DNA of 63,480 nt, filler included, from 5 parts of 5 records of this genome joined end to end with filler, not necessarily neighbours in it, one strand, 5' to 3'. Positions 42,572 through 53,138 are shown, counted from the whole stretch's first letter. A program made the numbers and translations. Notes: generated by a model not told the origin, from the sequence alone.

Positions 42572-42652
42572 ATAGGAACGATTGAAGAATATCCAATTTA
42601 TAAGTATGAATTTTTAATTTTATTTCAACAATCGTTAATCAAAAAAATCTTT

Positions 42653-43855
42653 ATGGAAGCATATATAATTGACGGAATTAGAACTCCAATAGGAAGTTAT
42701 CAAGGCACACTTAGTGCAGTTCGCACGGACGATTTGGCTGCTCTAGTTATTGCCGAAATAGTAAAAAGAAATCCAACAATTCCAAAAGAAGCTTATGACG
42801 ATGTGATTTTGGGATGCGCCAATCAAGCGGGTGAAGATAACAGAAATGTTGCTCGAATGGCAGCATTGTTAGCAGGCTTACCTGTAAATGTTCCTGGTGA
42901 AACAGTAAACAGACTTTGCAGCAGCGGACTTTCAGCAATAATCCATGCAAATAGAGCTATAAAAGCGGGTGATGGCGATATTTTTATTTCTGGCGGTGTT
43001 GAAAACATGACACGCGGTCCATACGTAATTGCAAAACCTTCAAAAGCTTTTGGAACAGATTCTAAAATGTATGATTCTAGCTTTGGGTGGCGATTCATTA
43101 ATACAAAAATGGCTGAAATGTATGGCACGGATGGCATGGGAAATACCGCTGAAAACCTAGTTGAAAAACACAACATCAATCGGGAAGACCAAGATGTCTT
43201 TGCATATAATAGTCAGCGGAAAGCTGCGGATGCTCAAAAAAGTGGGCGTTTAGCAAAAGAAATCGTTTCCGTTGAAATTCCACAGCGCAAAAAAGATTCA
43301 ATTATTTTTAAGGATGATGAATTTATTCGCCCCGAAACCACCAAAGAAATTTTAGCAAAATTACGTCCAGCTTTTAAAAAAGATGGAAGTGTTACCGCCG
43401 GAAATTCTTCAGGATTAAACGATGGTGCTGCAGCTACGATTATCGCTTCTGAAGCTGCTGTGAAAAAATATAATTTAAAACCAATTGCACGAATTGTAAG
43501 CTCTGCAGTTGTTGGTGTAGAACCTCGAATTATGGGTATTGGTCCTGTGGAAGCTTCAAATAAAGCACTTAAAAAAGCAGGTTTAAAAATGGAGGATATG
43601 GATATCATTGAGCTTAATGAAGCTTTTGCTTCACAAGCATTGGCGTGTATCCGCGAATGGGGATTGAAAGATGACGACCCACGCATAAATCCAAATGGGG
43701 GTTCAATCGCTATTGGCCATCCGCTGGGTGTTACGGGAGCACGCATCGCTTATTCCGCAGCATTAGAGCTTCAACTGCAAAATAAACGTTACGCATTAAT
43801 AACCATGTGTATTGGAGTTGGCCAAGGATATGCTGCTATAATTGAACGTGTATAA
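42653..43855 (+). CDS. paaJ: 3-oxoadipyl-CoA thiolase (PaaJ/PcaF)
   Basis: ANQAGEDNRNVARMA, NRLCSSG, NEAF, GHPLG, MCIGVGQG. Confidence 0.95.
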   Translation: MEAYIIDGIRTPIGSYQGTLSAVRTDDLAALVIAEIVKRNPTIPKEAYDDVILGCANQAGEDNRNVARMAALLAGLPVNVPGETVNRLCSSGLSAIIHANRAIKAGDGDIFISGGVENMTRGPYVIAKPSKAFGTDSKMYDSSFGWRFINTKMAEMYGTDGMGNTAENLVEKHNINREDQDVFAYNSQRKAADAQKSGRLAKEIVSVEIPQRKKDSIIFKDDEFIRPETTKEILAKLRPAFKKDGSVTAGNSSGLNDGAAATIIASEAAVKKYNLKPIARIVSSAVVGVEPRIMGIGPVEASNKALKKAGLKMEDMDIIELNEAFASQALACIREWGLKDDDPRINPNGGSIAIGHPLGVTGARIAYSAALELQLQNKRYALITMCIGVGQGYAAIIERV

Positions 43856-43956
43856 ATTTTTAAACACAATAAGATGAGGTATTTAAAATGGGTTATTCGT
43901 TAATAGATATTTAATATATGTATTTTTAAATTATATTTACAAAAAATAAATATATA

Positions 43957-44202
43957 ATGGCAACATTCACTTCTTCTTTACCCGATAAACTATTAAATGA
44001 TTTAGCAAAAGTAGCTACCGAGCTTCAATTGCCAAAGAATAAAATAATTGAAAAAGCTTTAAAAATATATTTAGAACAATTGGATCGTGCTGCATATCTT
44101 AAATCCTATAAAGAAATGGCTGAAGATGTAGATATGTTAGTTTTGGCTGAAGAAGGAATGGCAGATTATTTCAAAACAATTAGCGAGGACGAGATGTTAT
44201 GA
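43957..44202 (+). CDS. Ribbon-helix-helix antitoxin
   Basis: TFTSSLPDxL strand then helices KNKIIEKAL; acidic tail LAEEGMADY; ATGA overlap with the toxin. Confidence 0.85.
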   Translation: MATFTSSLPDKLLNDLAKVATELQLPKNKIIEKALKIYLEQLDRAAYLKSYKEMAEDVDMLVLAEEGMADYFKTISEDEML

Positions 44203-44531
44203 AGCAAGGCGAAATTTATGAAGTTTACCTCGACCCTATAAAAGGAAGTGAACAAGGCGGAAGAAGGCCAGCTGTAATCATTTCTGGGAATTTAGCAAAC
44301 GAAAACCTTAATACGGTGATTATTTGCCCAATGACATCCAAACTAAAAAATTACCATGGAAATTTAATTGTCCAACCCAATAATATAAATGGTCTAAAAA
44401 ATACTTCTGAAGTAATGACCATACACATTTGTTCCATATCAAAAGAGCGATTACAGTCAAAATGTGGAATGTTAGACAAGACGGAATTTAATCTGGTAAT
44501 TGAAAGCTTACAGAAAATAATTAAATATTAA
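44199..44531 (+). CDS. PemK/MazF family toxin
   Basis: GEIYxVxLDPxxGSEQGGRRPAVIIS, CPMTS, SISKERL. Confidence 0.93.
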   Translation: MKQGEIYEVYLDPIKGSEQGGRRPAVIISGNLANENLNTVIICPMTSKLKNYHGNLIVQPNNINGLKNTSEVMTIHICSISKERLQSKCGMLDKTEFNLVIESLQKIIKY

Positions 44532-44542
44532 AATAGATTTAC

Positions 44543-46382
44543 GTGCAAAAAACACAACATTATATACTAGGAAACTGGGCAGAAGGTAAAGGTGAAGGCT
44601 CGCCAATACTAGATTCTGTAACTGGTGAACATTTTACAAGTGTAACTACTGAAGGGCTTGATGTTCCTGAAATTTTGCAATACGGACGCGACAAAGGAGA
44701 AGTGCTTCGGAAAATGACCTTTCAAGAACGTGGTTTGATGCTAAAAAAACTTGCAATGTATCTTACCAAAAAGAAACAGCAATTTTACGAAATCAGTTAC
44801 CGAACTGGTGCCACAAAAATTGACAGTTGGATTGATATTGAAGGCGGATTTGGAAATTTATTTGCCAACGCTTCGCTTCGAAAATTATTTCCAAACCAAT
44901 CATTTCATGTGGAAGGTGATCCTATAGACCTTTCTCGTGGCGGACGTTTTATGGCGCACCACATTATGGTTCCGCGCGAAGGTGTGGCGGTTCATATCAA
45001 CGCTTTTAACTTTCCAGTTTGGGGAATGTTAGAAAAATGTGCAGTAAACTGGATGGCAGGAATGCCAGCAGTTGTTTTGCCTGCACCACAAACAGCTTAT
45101 TTAGCTGAAGCCGTTGTAAAAGAAATTATTGCTTCAGGAATTCTCCCTGAAGGTTCATTACAGCTTATCAGTGGAACAGCAAAAACTATTTTAGATACCG
45201 TAGAATCTCAAGATGTGGTTACCTTTACAGGTTCTGCAAGCACTGGAAGAATTCTAAAAAAACACCCTCAGTTGATTGAAGAATCGGTTCCTTTTACAAT
45301 GGAAGCAGATAGCCTTAACGCATCCATTTTAGGTGAAGATGCCGTTCCAGGAACTCCAGAATTTGATCTTTTTATTAAAGAAGTTCGAAATGAAATGACC
45401 GTGAAATGCGGACAAAAATGTACAGCGATTAGAAGAATCATCGTTCCAGAAAAATTGATAGAAGATGTGCAAATCGCACTTGGAAAACAATTGGATAGAG
45501 TTACAATTGGTGACCCACGCTTAAAAGAGGTTAGAATGGGGGCATTGGTAAACGATGCTCAACGCAATTCCGTAAAAGAACAGATTTCAAAAATAACGCA
45601 AACTGCAGAAATTGTGTACGGCAATTATGAAGACTTTGAAGTAAGTGGAGCCGACTCCAAAAAGGGCGCTTTTATAAAACCAATGCTACTTCGCGAAAAC
45701 AATCCGTTGCAAAATGAAGCTGCACACATAACCGAAGCATTTGGACCTGTAAGCACGTTAATGCCTTATAAAAATTTGGAAGAAGCAATCAAGCTTTCAA
45801 AAATGGGGAAGGGTTCTTTGGTTAGTTCCATTGTTACCAACGATAATAAAATTGCAAAGGAGTATACTATTTCCTCAGCAACACATCATGGGCGTATTTT
45901 AGTGCTAAATCGTGAAAGCGCCAAACAAAGTACAGGGCACGGATCGCCATTGCCTAATCTTATTCACGGCGGTCCAGGACGTGCTGGTGGTGGTGAAGAA
46001 ATGGGTGGAGTTCGTGGCGTAAAACATTATTTGCAACGTTGCGCTATTCAAGGCTCGCCTTCTACATTAACCGAAATTACAGGGATTTATCAGCCAAAAG
46101 CAGATTATAAAGAATCCGAAAACCACCCATTTGCATATCATTGGGAAGACATTGAGCCGGGAATGTCAATAAAAACACATAAGCGTACCATTACCGATAC
46201 AGATATTATCAATTTTGCAAATCTTACTTGGGATCATTTTTATGCGCATACAGATATTACTTCATTAGATGGAAGTATTTTTGAAAAACGTACCGCACAT
46301 GGGTATTTTATACTTGCCGCCGCCGCAGGTTTATTTGTGTATCCAAACAAAGGCCCAGTTGCTGCCAATTACGGCCTTGAGG
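44543..46382 (+). CDS. paaZ: Bifunctional oxepin-CoA hydrolase / aldehyde dehydrogenase (3' truncated)
   Basis: INAFNFPVWGMLEK, FTGSA, MEADSLN, GQKCTAIRR, TGHGSPLP, MaoC-like DHFYAH...AHGYF; runs into the linker. Confidence 0.96.
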
Positions 46383-46482
46383 NNNNNNNNNNNNNNNNNN
46401 NNNNNNNNNNNNNNNNNNNNNNNNNNTTAATTAATTAANNNNNNNNNNNNNNNNNNNNNNNNNNNNNNNNNNNNNNNNNNNN
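46383..46482. other. Artificial contig linker
   Basis: 44 N + TTAATTAATTAA + 44 N. Confidence 0.99.
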
Positions 46483-48114
46483 CCCCATTTCTTCGGCAAT
46501 TGCCACGGCAACTTTTGCAACACGACGGGATTGATCCGCTGAATAGGGATCGCGGCGATCCACAAAAGCCACCAAAGTTGAAACAAGGGCGCGCAGTACG
46601 GACTCGCGTCGTTCCTGAGCGATCACCACATCGGAAATATCCTGAAATACTGTGAGAACTTCCTTGCTGTTCACCCGTGCCGAACGAAGGGGCACGAAAT
46701 CTGACTTAACCACTCGATCCGTTGCGTTTTCTCCCGTTGCTTTCATCCGGCTGATCGACGAACGCGGCTCATAGTCCTGGCGCACGAGGTTTGTCATCTC
46801 TATGATTTCCCGCGCCTGCTCGGGCCCAAGGACACTCGCCGCCTTCTTGCCAATCATTTCATCTTGCGATATTTCCACGTCTTCGGCGGCGACACTATTC
46901 GCGAAGGTGTATTTATCCTCGGCATCAAAAACGGCAATGGAGGTCGGCTGCTGATCCGTCACAATTTTCAGGAATTCGCTCCGTTCCCTCAGCTGTTCCG
47001 CCATGCCTTTATAACGCACGGCAAGTTCCGCTGCGCGAATAGATGTGCCATGCCGCCACACGGCAACGACCGTTCCCGCGACCGCAAAGATCAGCAATAT
47101 AAAGATGCCGAGCATGGTTGAAAGGCGCTGATCGGTTTCGGCCAGCGCTTCCTGTTCCGAGACTGTCCGAACAAGGAACCATGGCGCAGCCGTCAACGCA
47201 CGCCCCGTTACGAGGACCTTGCTCCCGAGATAATTGGAAGCGAGTTCAAAGTTTCCGGGGTTTTCGATAACGAATGCCGCAGCCAGATCATCCTGTGCAC
47301 TTAATTTGCGCGCAAGGGCCAGTGTTCCATCCGCCAACGGAGAGATATACTGCACAAGTTTCCCGTCTTTGCGGACAAGATAATTTTCAGCCGTCTGCAA
47401 GGTATCGCCCGGCTGGAATAGAAGAGGAAATAAAGATGTTTCCACCGTTCGAAGGCCGATAACGTACCCGATGATGTCTTTGGGGCTGCCTTCATCCTGT
47501 ACGGCAAAAATCGGCCAGACAAAGCCCATTGTCGGATCGCCGTTAATTCCCTCATAGAGATCGATCAATGCGGGCTCCCCGTCCCCGGCTTTCGCCATGG
47601 CAGCCCGTATTGTCGGGTTCATCGGGGGCATATTCCCGCTTGAGACCAGAAGCTTTCCGGTTGCATCCGTGAGCCCGATGCCGGCCCGGCCCGGCCGTGC
47701 CACATTCGCGCGAATTTGTGGTTCCTCCGGCTCCCAGAAGCCGCTGATGATCGCCTGATTGTTCAGCAGATTGATAAGATAGCCCGCTTCCGGCACCTCC
47801 GCGATGGAGTTGCCGTTCTCCGCTGTCTCGATAACCAACTGGGTCAGGTAAACCTGCAAGGACGCATTGTTGGCGAGAGTACCGATTGCCTGTTCCTGCT
47901 TGCGTAACCAGTCATCAACGCTCGCCGCACGACTATCCGCAACGATACCAAGCCGAACCTCCCAATTACGGAGGTCGCGCGAACGCTGTTCCTCGACAAA
48001 TTTGAAGGTCCCCCAAATACCGGCAATGACGACAGCCATAAGCAGCAAGACACCAAAGGAGAGAGCCTTGTAAGTGCTTTTCTTTTCCGTCCCGTCTGAC
48101 TGATTATCCGACAT
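46483..48114 (-). CDS. Membrane Cache-PAS-HD-GYP protein (3' truncated), candidate c-di-GMP receptor or phosphodiesterase
   Basis: Two TM helices flanking a ~290-aa periplasmic Cache-like region, a PAS-like segment, then DRRDPYSADQSRRVA resembling the HD-GYP start motif RDPYTxxHSxRVA. Confidence 0.8.
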
Positions 48115-48299
48115 GAATGCCCCGGTTATATATTTCACTTTGCGGCAGAATGCCTGGAAACTCTTTAAGATAGGTAAATCACCGCCGTAAATTTACGCAA
48201 AAACTAATTAGCTGCGCAATGACATTAGACGTCCTGATCAGTCTTTGTTAAGGATTTATTGTCCATAATGTCACCCTTCTAAGGAGGCGTTTAGTGCGA

Positions 48300-48962
48300 A
48301 TGACCGGGATCAAGACAACGGCAGAAAGAAAAAGAGGGTTGGGCGCGATTTTCGCGACGCTTGCTCTTGCCTTGTGCATTGTCGTGACAGCCCCTCCCGC
48401 TGAAGCGAAAACAAGTGACCTGTTCGGATACAAGGCAACACCCTATTCCGGCCTTAAACCCTTTCCAAAATGGCGAAAGGTTCTCGCAACCTACAAGGAC
48501 AGGCCGGGCGATTGCGTTTCTGGCAAATATAACCGTTGCGCCCACCAGAAATGGGTCGCCCTGATCGACGAATGGCGTTCTCTGCCGAAGGAAGAGCAGC
48601 TCAACAAGGTAAACCGGCATATGAATCTGTTTCGCTACATCCTTGACCCGGTTAACTGGGGGGTGCGCGACTATTGGGAAATCCCGAAAGAGTTTTTCGC
48701 CCGGTTCGGCGACTGCGAAGACTATGCGATCGTCAAATATTTTACATTGCGCGCCCTGGGCTGGTCCGCGAAAGACATGAAGATTGTCGTTCTGCAGGAT
48801 GTCAACCTCGGCATTGCCCATGCAATTTTGGTTGTGAAGTATAAGGGCAAAGACCTGGTCCTCGATAACCAGATCGGTCAGGTCGTCGATGCCACCCGCA
48901 TTCGCCACTATCGCCCGATATACTCTGTCAATGAGTTGGGATGGTGGCGCCATAAGCCTTAG
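48300..48962 (+). CDS. lapG: LapG-like transglutaminase-like periplasmic cysteine protease
   Basis: Signal peptide, WGVRDYWEIP, GDCEDYAIVKY, HAILVV, LDNQ (Cys-His-Asp triad). Confidence 0.92.
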   Translation: MTGIKTTAERKRGLGAIFATLALALCIVVTAPPAEAKTSDLFGYKATPYSGLKPFPKWRKVLATYKDRPGDCVSGKYNRCAHQKWVALIDEWRSLPKEEQLNKVNRHMNLFRYILDPVNWGVRDYWEIPKEFFARFGDCEDYAIVKYFTLRALGWSAKDMKIVVLQDVNLGIAHAILVVKYKGKDLVLDNQIGQVVDATRIRHYRPIYSVNELGWWRHKP

Positions 48963-48974
48963 CGCGGCAGGCAC

Positions 48975-49009
48975 AAAAAAGCCGCGCCCGATACTAAGGC
49001 ACGGCTCTT
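48975..49009 (-). terminator. Intrinsic terminator of the TolC gene
   Basis: Minus strand GCCGUGCC-loop-GGCGCGGC followed by U6. Confidence 0.65.
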
Positions 49010-49030
49010 GTTCGTCAGCTTTCGAGTTTA

Positions 49031-50377
49031 TCAGCCCTTTTTTTCCATCGGCGTTGCTTCCGCCGGAAGAGTAACACCGAGCGTCGGGTTCAACCGACCC
49101 ATAGTGGCCAGTAACCGGTATTTCGCAAACCTGACCGAATACTCCACCGTCACCAGCGACGTGCGTGAATTAAACAGCTCGTTATCCGAATCCAGCAGAT
49201 CCAGCAAGTCCCGCTGACCGATCTCAAATTCCTGTTTGTAGGTCGATGCAACCTCGGTATTCGCGACAACGGCCGCCGCAAGAACTTCCGCGCGCGCTTC
49301 CGAGCGGGCAAGAGAACTCCAACTGCGACGAACTTCTTCCTCTACAAGCCGCTCAAAGCGGCGTTTGCGCTGCTCCGTCTCGGCTTTACGGGCAACAGCT
49401 TCTTTTTCACGACCTTCGTCGATACCCCCTCTATAGAGATTGTAGCGCAGCCGAAGCATCGCCAGAAAATCGTCGTTATGCCCCTCGACCCCGTCGATAT
49501 TGTTATCCGCAGAGCCACCCACTTCCAGATTAACGGTAGGATAATAGCTTGCCTGAGTTGCCTGAATCTCCGCATCAGACGTTTTAATGTCTGACGAGGC
49601 GAACTTGATATCCGGGTTGCCTTCCAGCGCGATCGCCACGATATCATCGATATTGTCCGGGAGAACACTGTCACTGAATTCAGGAAGCTCAAGATTGACG
49701 GGCTGCACACCGACAACTCTTAGATAGGTGATTTCCGCATCGTCCTGCGCGCGCAAGGTTTCAACGAGTGTGTCTTCCGCTGCGGCAAGACGCGCCAGCG
49801 CCTGCTGGTCATCCCCGATACCGCTTTGCCCGGCTCTCACCCGATCCTGAATTTCATTCAGGGTGCGGCGGTGTTTTTCGACATTTTCCTTCGCCAGCTC
49901 GACAATTTCCTGACTGCGAAGTGTATCAAGATATGATCGCACTGCATCAAGAGCGATCGCTTCTGCCCGTTCCTGAACCCGATATGCGGCACTATCGACC
50001 CGGCTTCCCTGGCGGTCTACTTCCGCACTACGAAATCCGCCATCGTAAAGGGTCTGAACCAGCAGCAGGCTTGATTCCGTGCGGCGCAAATCTTCGTTAT
50101 CGATGGTGACCGTATCGGTCCATTCGTACCCAACGCCCGCTTCAAGATCTACCGACGGAAGATAAAGCCCCTCAGCTTGTTTTAATTCCTGATCGACTGC
50201 GCGGCGATTTGCCGAAGCTTCGGCGATTTCCGGATAGGTCGAAACTGTCTGCTGGACGGCTTCCATCAATGTTTCGGATTGCGCGGCCCCCACCGCTATA
50301 TAACTTCCGAAGACAGCTGTTAGAATACTGGCGGAAAGCACATTCATTGTCTTGACCGCACTGTTTCTCAGCTTCAT
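49031..50377 (-). CDS. TolC-family T1SS outer membrane protein (LapE/AggA-like)
   Basis: YLPSVDL and YYPTVNL repeats, YxQEFEIGQRDLLDLLDSDNELF; ATG 50377 with GGAGAGG RBS (ORF open to 50473). Confidence 0.92.
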   Translation of the reverse strand: MKLRNSAVKTMNVLSASILTAVFGSYIAVGAAQSETLMEAVQQTVSTYPEIAEASANRRAVDQELKQAEGLYLPSVDLEAGVGYEWTDTVTIDNEDLRRTESSLLLVQTLYDGGFRSAEVDRQGSRVDSAAYRVQERAEAIALDAVRSYLDTLRSQEIVELAKENVEKHRRTLNEIQDRVRAGQSGIGDDQQALARLAAAEDTLVETLRAQDDAEITYLRVVGVQPVNLELPEFSDSVLPDNIDDIVAIALEGNPDIKFASSDIKTSDAEIQATQASYYPTVNLEVGGSADNNIDGVEGHNDDFLAMLRLRYNLYRGGIDEGREKEAVARKAETEQRKRRFERLVEEEVRRSWSSLARSEARAEVLAAAVVANTEVASTYKQEFEIGQRDLLDLLDSDNELFNSRTSLVTVEYSVRFAKYRLLATMGRLNPTLGVTLPAEATPMEKKG

Positions 50378-51138
50378 GCCCCTCTCCCACTGTGTCTGTT
50401 TTGCTTGACCGACGAAAATTTTAAACCCGTCTGATAGCATAGTATCCGAGCAAAACACCCATCCAAAACTCATTTTTAATATGCCGGTAATCTACGCTTC
50501 CTTACCGTCGACAATCAACTCTATATAGCTGCAAACGCCTCATATTTCGCGGTCAGCGCAACAGCTTGTGGTAAAATTACAACAGTTCGTTCCGGCTGTT
50601 CATCCATATTAACCTGACCATTCAGCGCCGTCGCCAATGCCCGCCCTTGACGTAGCGGAAAGGGCGGCATTTTCCAGAGTTGCTTAAATCACTGTCAGTT
50701 ATGGTTAATTTTTGTTGAAAAATCAGGGGAAACCCCGCAACTATACATTAAATATATGGCGTTGTGCCCGGGAGGAGCGGCTTACTGAATTACAGAACTG
50801 AGGCACATTCTCATATTTTAGAGAAACACTCTTTTGCCAATATGTTAACTGCATTTTCACCAAATAAGCGTTGAATGATCGATAAGCACACAGGATCCAT
50901 CCAGCGTAACGAAATATGAAAAAGCAGGATGGAAACGGCAAGGCAATAGTGAGGGGAAGCTCAATCGACCGCAATCATTTCCCCATCGCAACATGAAATC
51001 GCCGAAATTATAGGTGAAGGTCGAACGGGAAAGTAAGGGTATGGCAAGGCTAAGGAAACATGGGGAGACTTATTCTCTCATTTCCCGAACGCGAGGCGGA
51101 GCTTCTGGGCGTGGCGATATGATTGGGTCGGGTGGAAC

Positions 51139-53037
51139 TTGGCGAATAATGAGGATAGGTCAGTGAGTGAAAATTCGCGCAACCCCTTACCGCTCGAAAT
51201 AAAGGCAGCGGATGATCTATTCGTCACGAAAGGTGGGGGGAACAAGACAAGGGATGCCGAATTGAAAATAGGTAAGCCGGCCGCAGCCGCAAATACACGA
51301 GACACCCTGGAATCTGATCCTCAGGCCAAAACCGGGAGCAAGGGGAGCTGGCAAATTAACCTTTCCGAAATTACCCGTTCTGATCAGGACCCCCTGCTTG
51401 GCTGTCTTGCCGCCTTGACGAAGCTATTCGACGACCCTCGCACTCCGGATGCGCTGATCTACGGCCTTCCCCTTGAAGACAACAGCTTAACACCGTCCCT
51501 ATTTGTCCGGGCGGCGGAGCGCGTTGGCATCAGTGCGCGCATTACCAACCGGAAGCTCGATAAAATCCCGGACGAAGTATTACCCTGCGTCGTTCTGCTC
51601 AACGACCGACGGGCCTGTGTCCTGCTATCGCGGGAAGACGGAAATGCAAAAGTTATCTTTCCCGAAACGGGAGAAGGCTCCGACGACCTGCCGATCAAAG
51701 ATCTTGAAGCTGCCTACGCCGGATACGCTATTCTCACTCGCCCCAGCTTCAAATATCGTGTTGATAAGGACGAAGCGCTGTTGGAACGGTCCGGCTCCTG
51801 GTTCTGGGGGACTATGTGGCAGTTCTGGCCAACCTATCTTCAGGTCATTATCGCCGCCTTCCTGATCAACAGTTTCGCACTGGCCAGCCCGCTTTTCATT
51901 ATGAATGTCTATGACCGGGTTGTTCCCAATCGGGCGATTGAAACATTATGGGTGCTGGCGATTGGGGTGATCACCGTGATCGGTTTCGATCTGCTACTGA
52001 AATCGCTAAGGTCGTATTTCGTCGACAACGCCGGGAAGCGAGCCGATGTTCTCCTGTCCAGCCGTATATTCGAGCAGGTTCTCAATCTGCAGGTCAAGGC
52101 GCGCCCCGCTTCCGCCGGGGCCTTTGCCAATCATCTGCGGGAGTTTGAAACCCTGCGGGATTTCTTCACCTCCGTGACGGTGACGGCGCTTGTCGATCTG
52201 CCCTTCCTCGCGATTTTCCTGTTTATCATTTATTTGATCGGTGGCCCGCTCTTTATCGTTCCCGCCGTTGCTGTGCCTGTTGTCCTTATAATCGGGTTGT
52301 TCCTGCAATGGCCCATGCGTCGCGCCGTTTCCAAAACCTCGGAAGAAGCCGCGCAAAAGCATGGGGTTATCGTTGAGACAATCTCCGCCCTCGACACCGT
52401 CAAAAGCATGGGGATTGAAGGTCATATGCAGAAGGAATGGGAACGCTTCGTCGGAAAGACGGCGGAGACAAGCGTTGCCGCGCGCTTCTTTGCCGGCCTC
52501 GGCATCAATCTTTCCGCCGCCGCCATGCAGCTTGTGACTGTCGGCGTGGTCGTCTACGGCGTCATGTTGATGGGGGAACCGGATTCCAGCATTACCGTTG
52601 GTGCCTTGATCGCCTGCACCATTCTGACCGGCCGGACAATGGCGCCGCTGGGTCAGATTGCCGGGCTTCTTACTCGCCTCAACCAGGCTATTGTCGCCCT
52701 GAAGGGGCTTAATCACATTATGTCCCTTCCCGTCGAACGGGGCGCGGAAAAGCGCCAGCTCAGCCGCCCGAATATACAAGGGGATATCGAGTTCAAGGAT
52801 GTTACCTTCAAATATCCAGGCACTGACATTCCCGCACTCAACAATGTGTCTTTCAAAATCCGGGCGGGCGAAAAGGTCGGAATTATCGGGCCTGTTGGCT
52901 CCGGCAAGACAACAATTTCACGGCTTCTGATCAATCTCTATGAGCCAGATGAAGGGGCCGTTCTGATTGACGGCACGGATATCCGGCAGATTGACCCGTC
53001 CGACATCCGCCGGAGCGTCGGCAGCGTCATGCAGGAT
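51139..53037 (+). CDS. Type I secretion permease/ATPase (LapB-like), 3' truncated
   Basis: C39-like N-domain DPLLGCL...GLPL, FIMNVYDRVVPN, Walker A GPVGSGKTT; GTG 51163 is an alternative start. Confidence 0.93.
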
Positions 53038-53137
53038 NNNNNNNNNNNNNNNNNNNNNNNNNNNNNNNNNNNNNNNNNNNNTTAATTAATTAANNNNNNN
53101 NNNNNNNNNNNNNNNNNNNNNNNNNNNNNNNNNNNNN
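53038..53137. other. Artificial contig linker
   Basis: 44 N + TTAATTAATTAA + 44 N. Confidence 0.99.
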
Positions 53138-53138
53138 A

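Noticed and set aside
35566-42652. CRISPR array or IS elements explaining the intergenic repeats
   Set aside because: Units are 7 nt, differ between sites and lack spacers; no cas or transposase gene is present.
48291-48974. 227-aa - strand ORF
   Set aside because: Antisense to the clearly recognisable lapG.
50474-51138. c-di-GMP riboswitch in the Lap intergenic region
   Set aside because: Could not find the GGCAAACC / GCAAAG-type conserved core by eye.
52006-52779. 257-aa - strand ORF
   Set aside because: Antisense shadow of the T1SS ATPase gene.
18950-53037. Planctomycete adhesin as substrate of the Lap T1SS
   Set aside because: They lie on different contigs from different organisms, separated by linkers.
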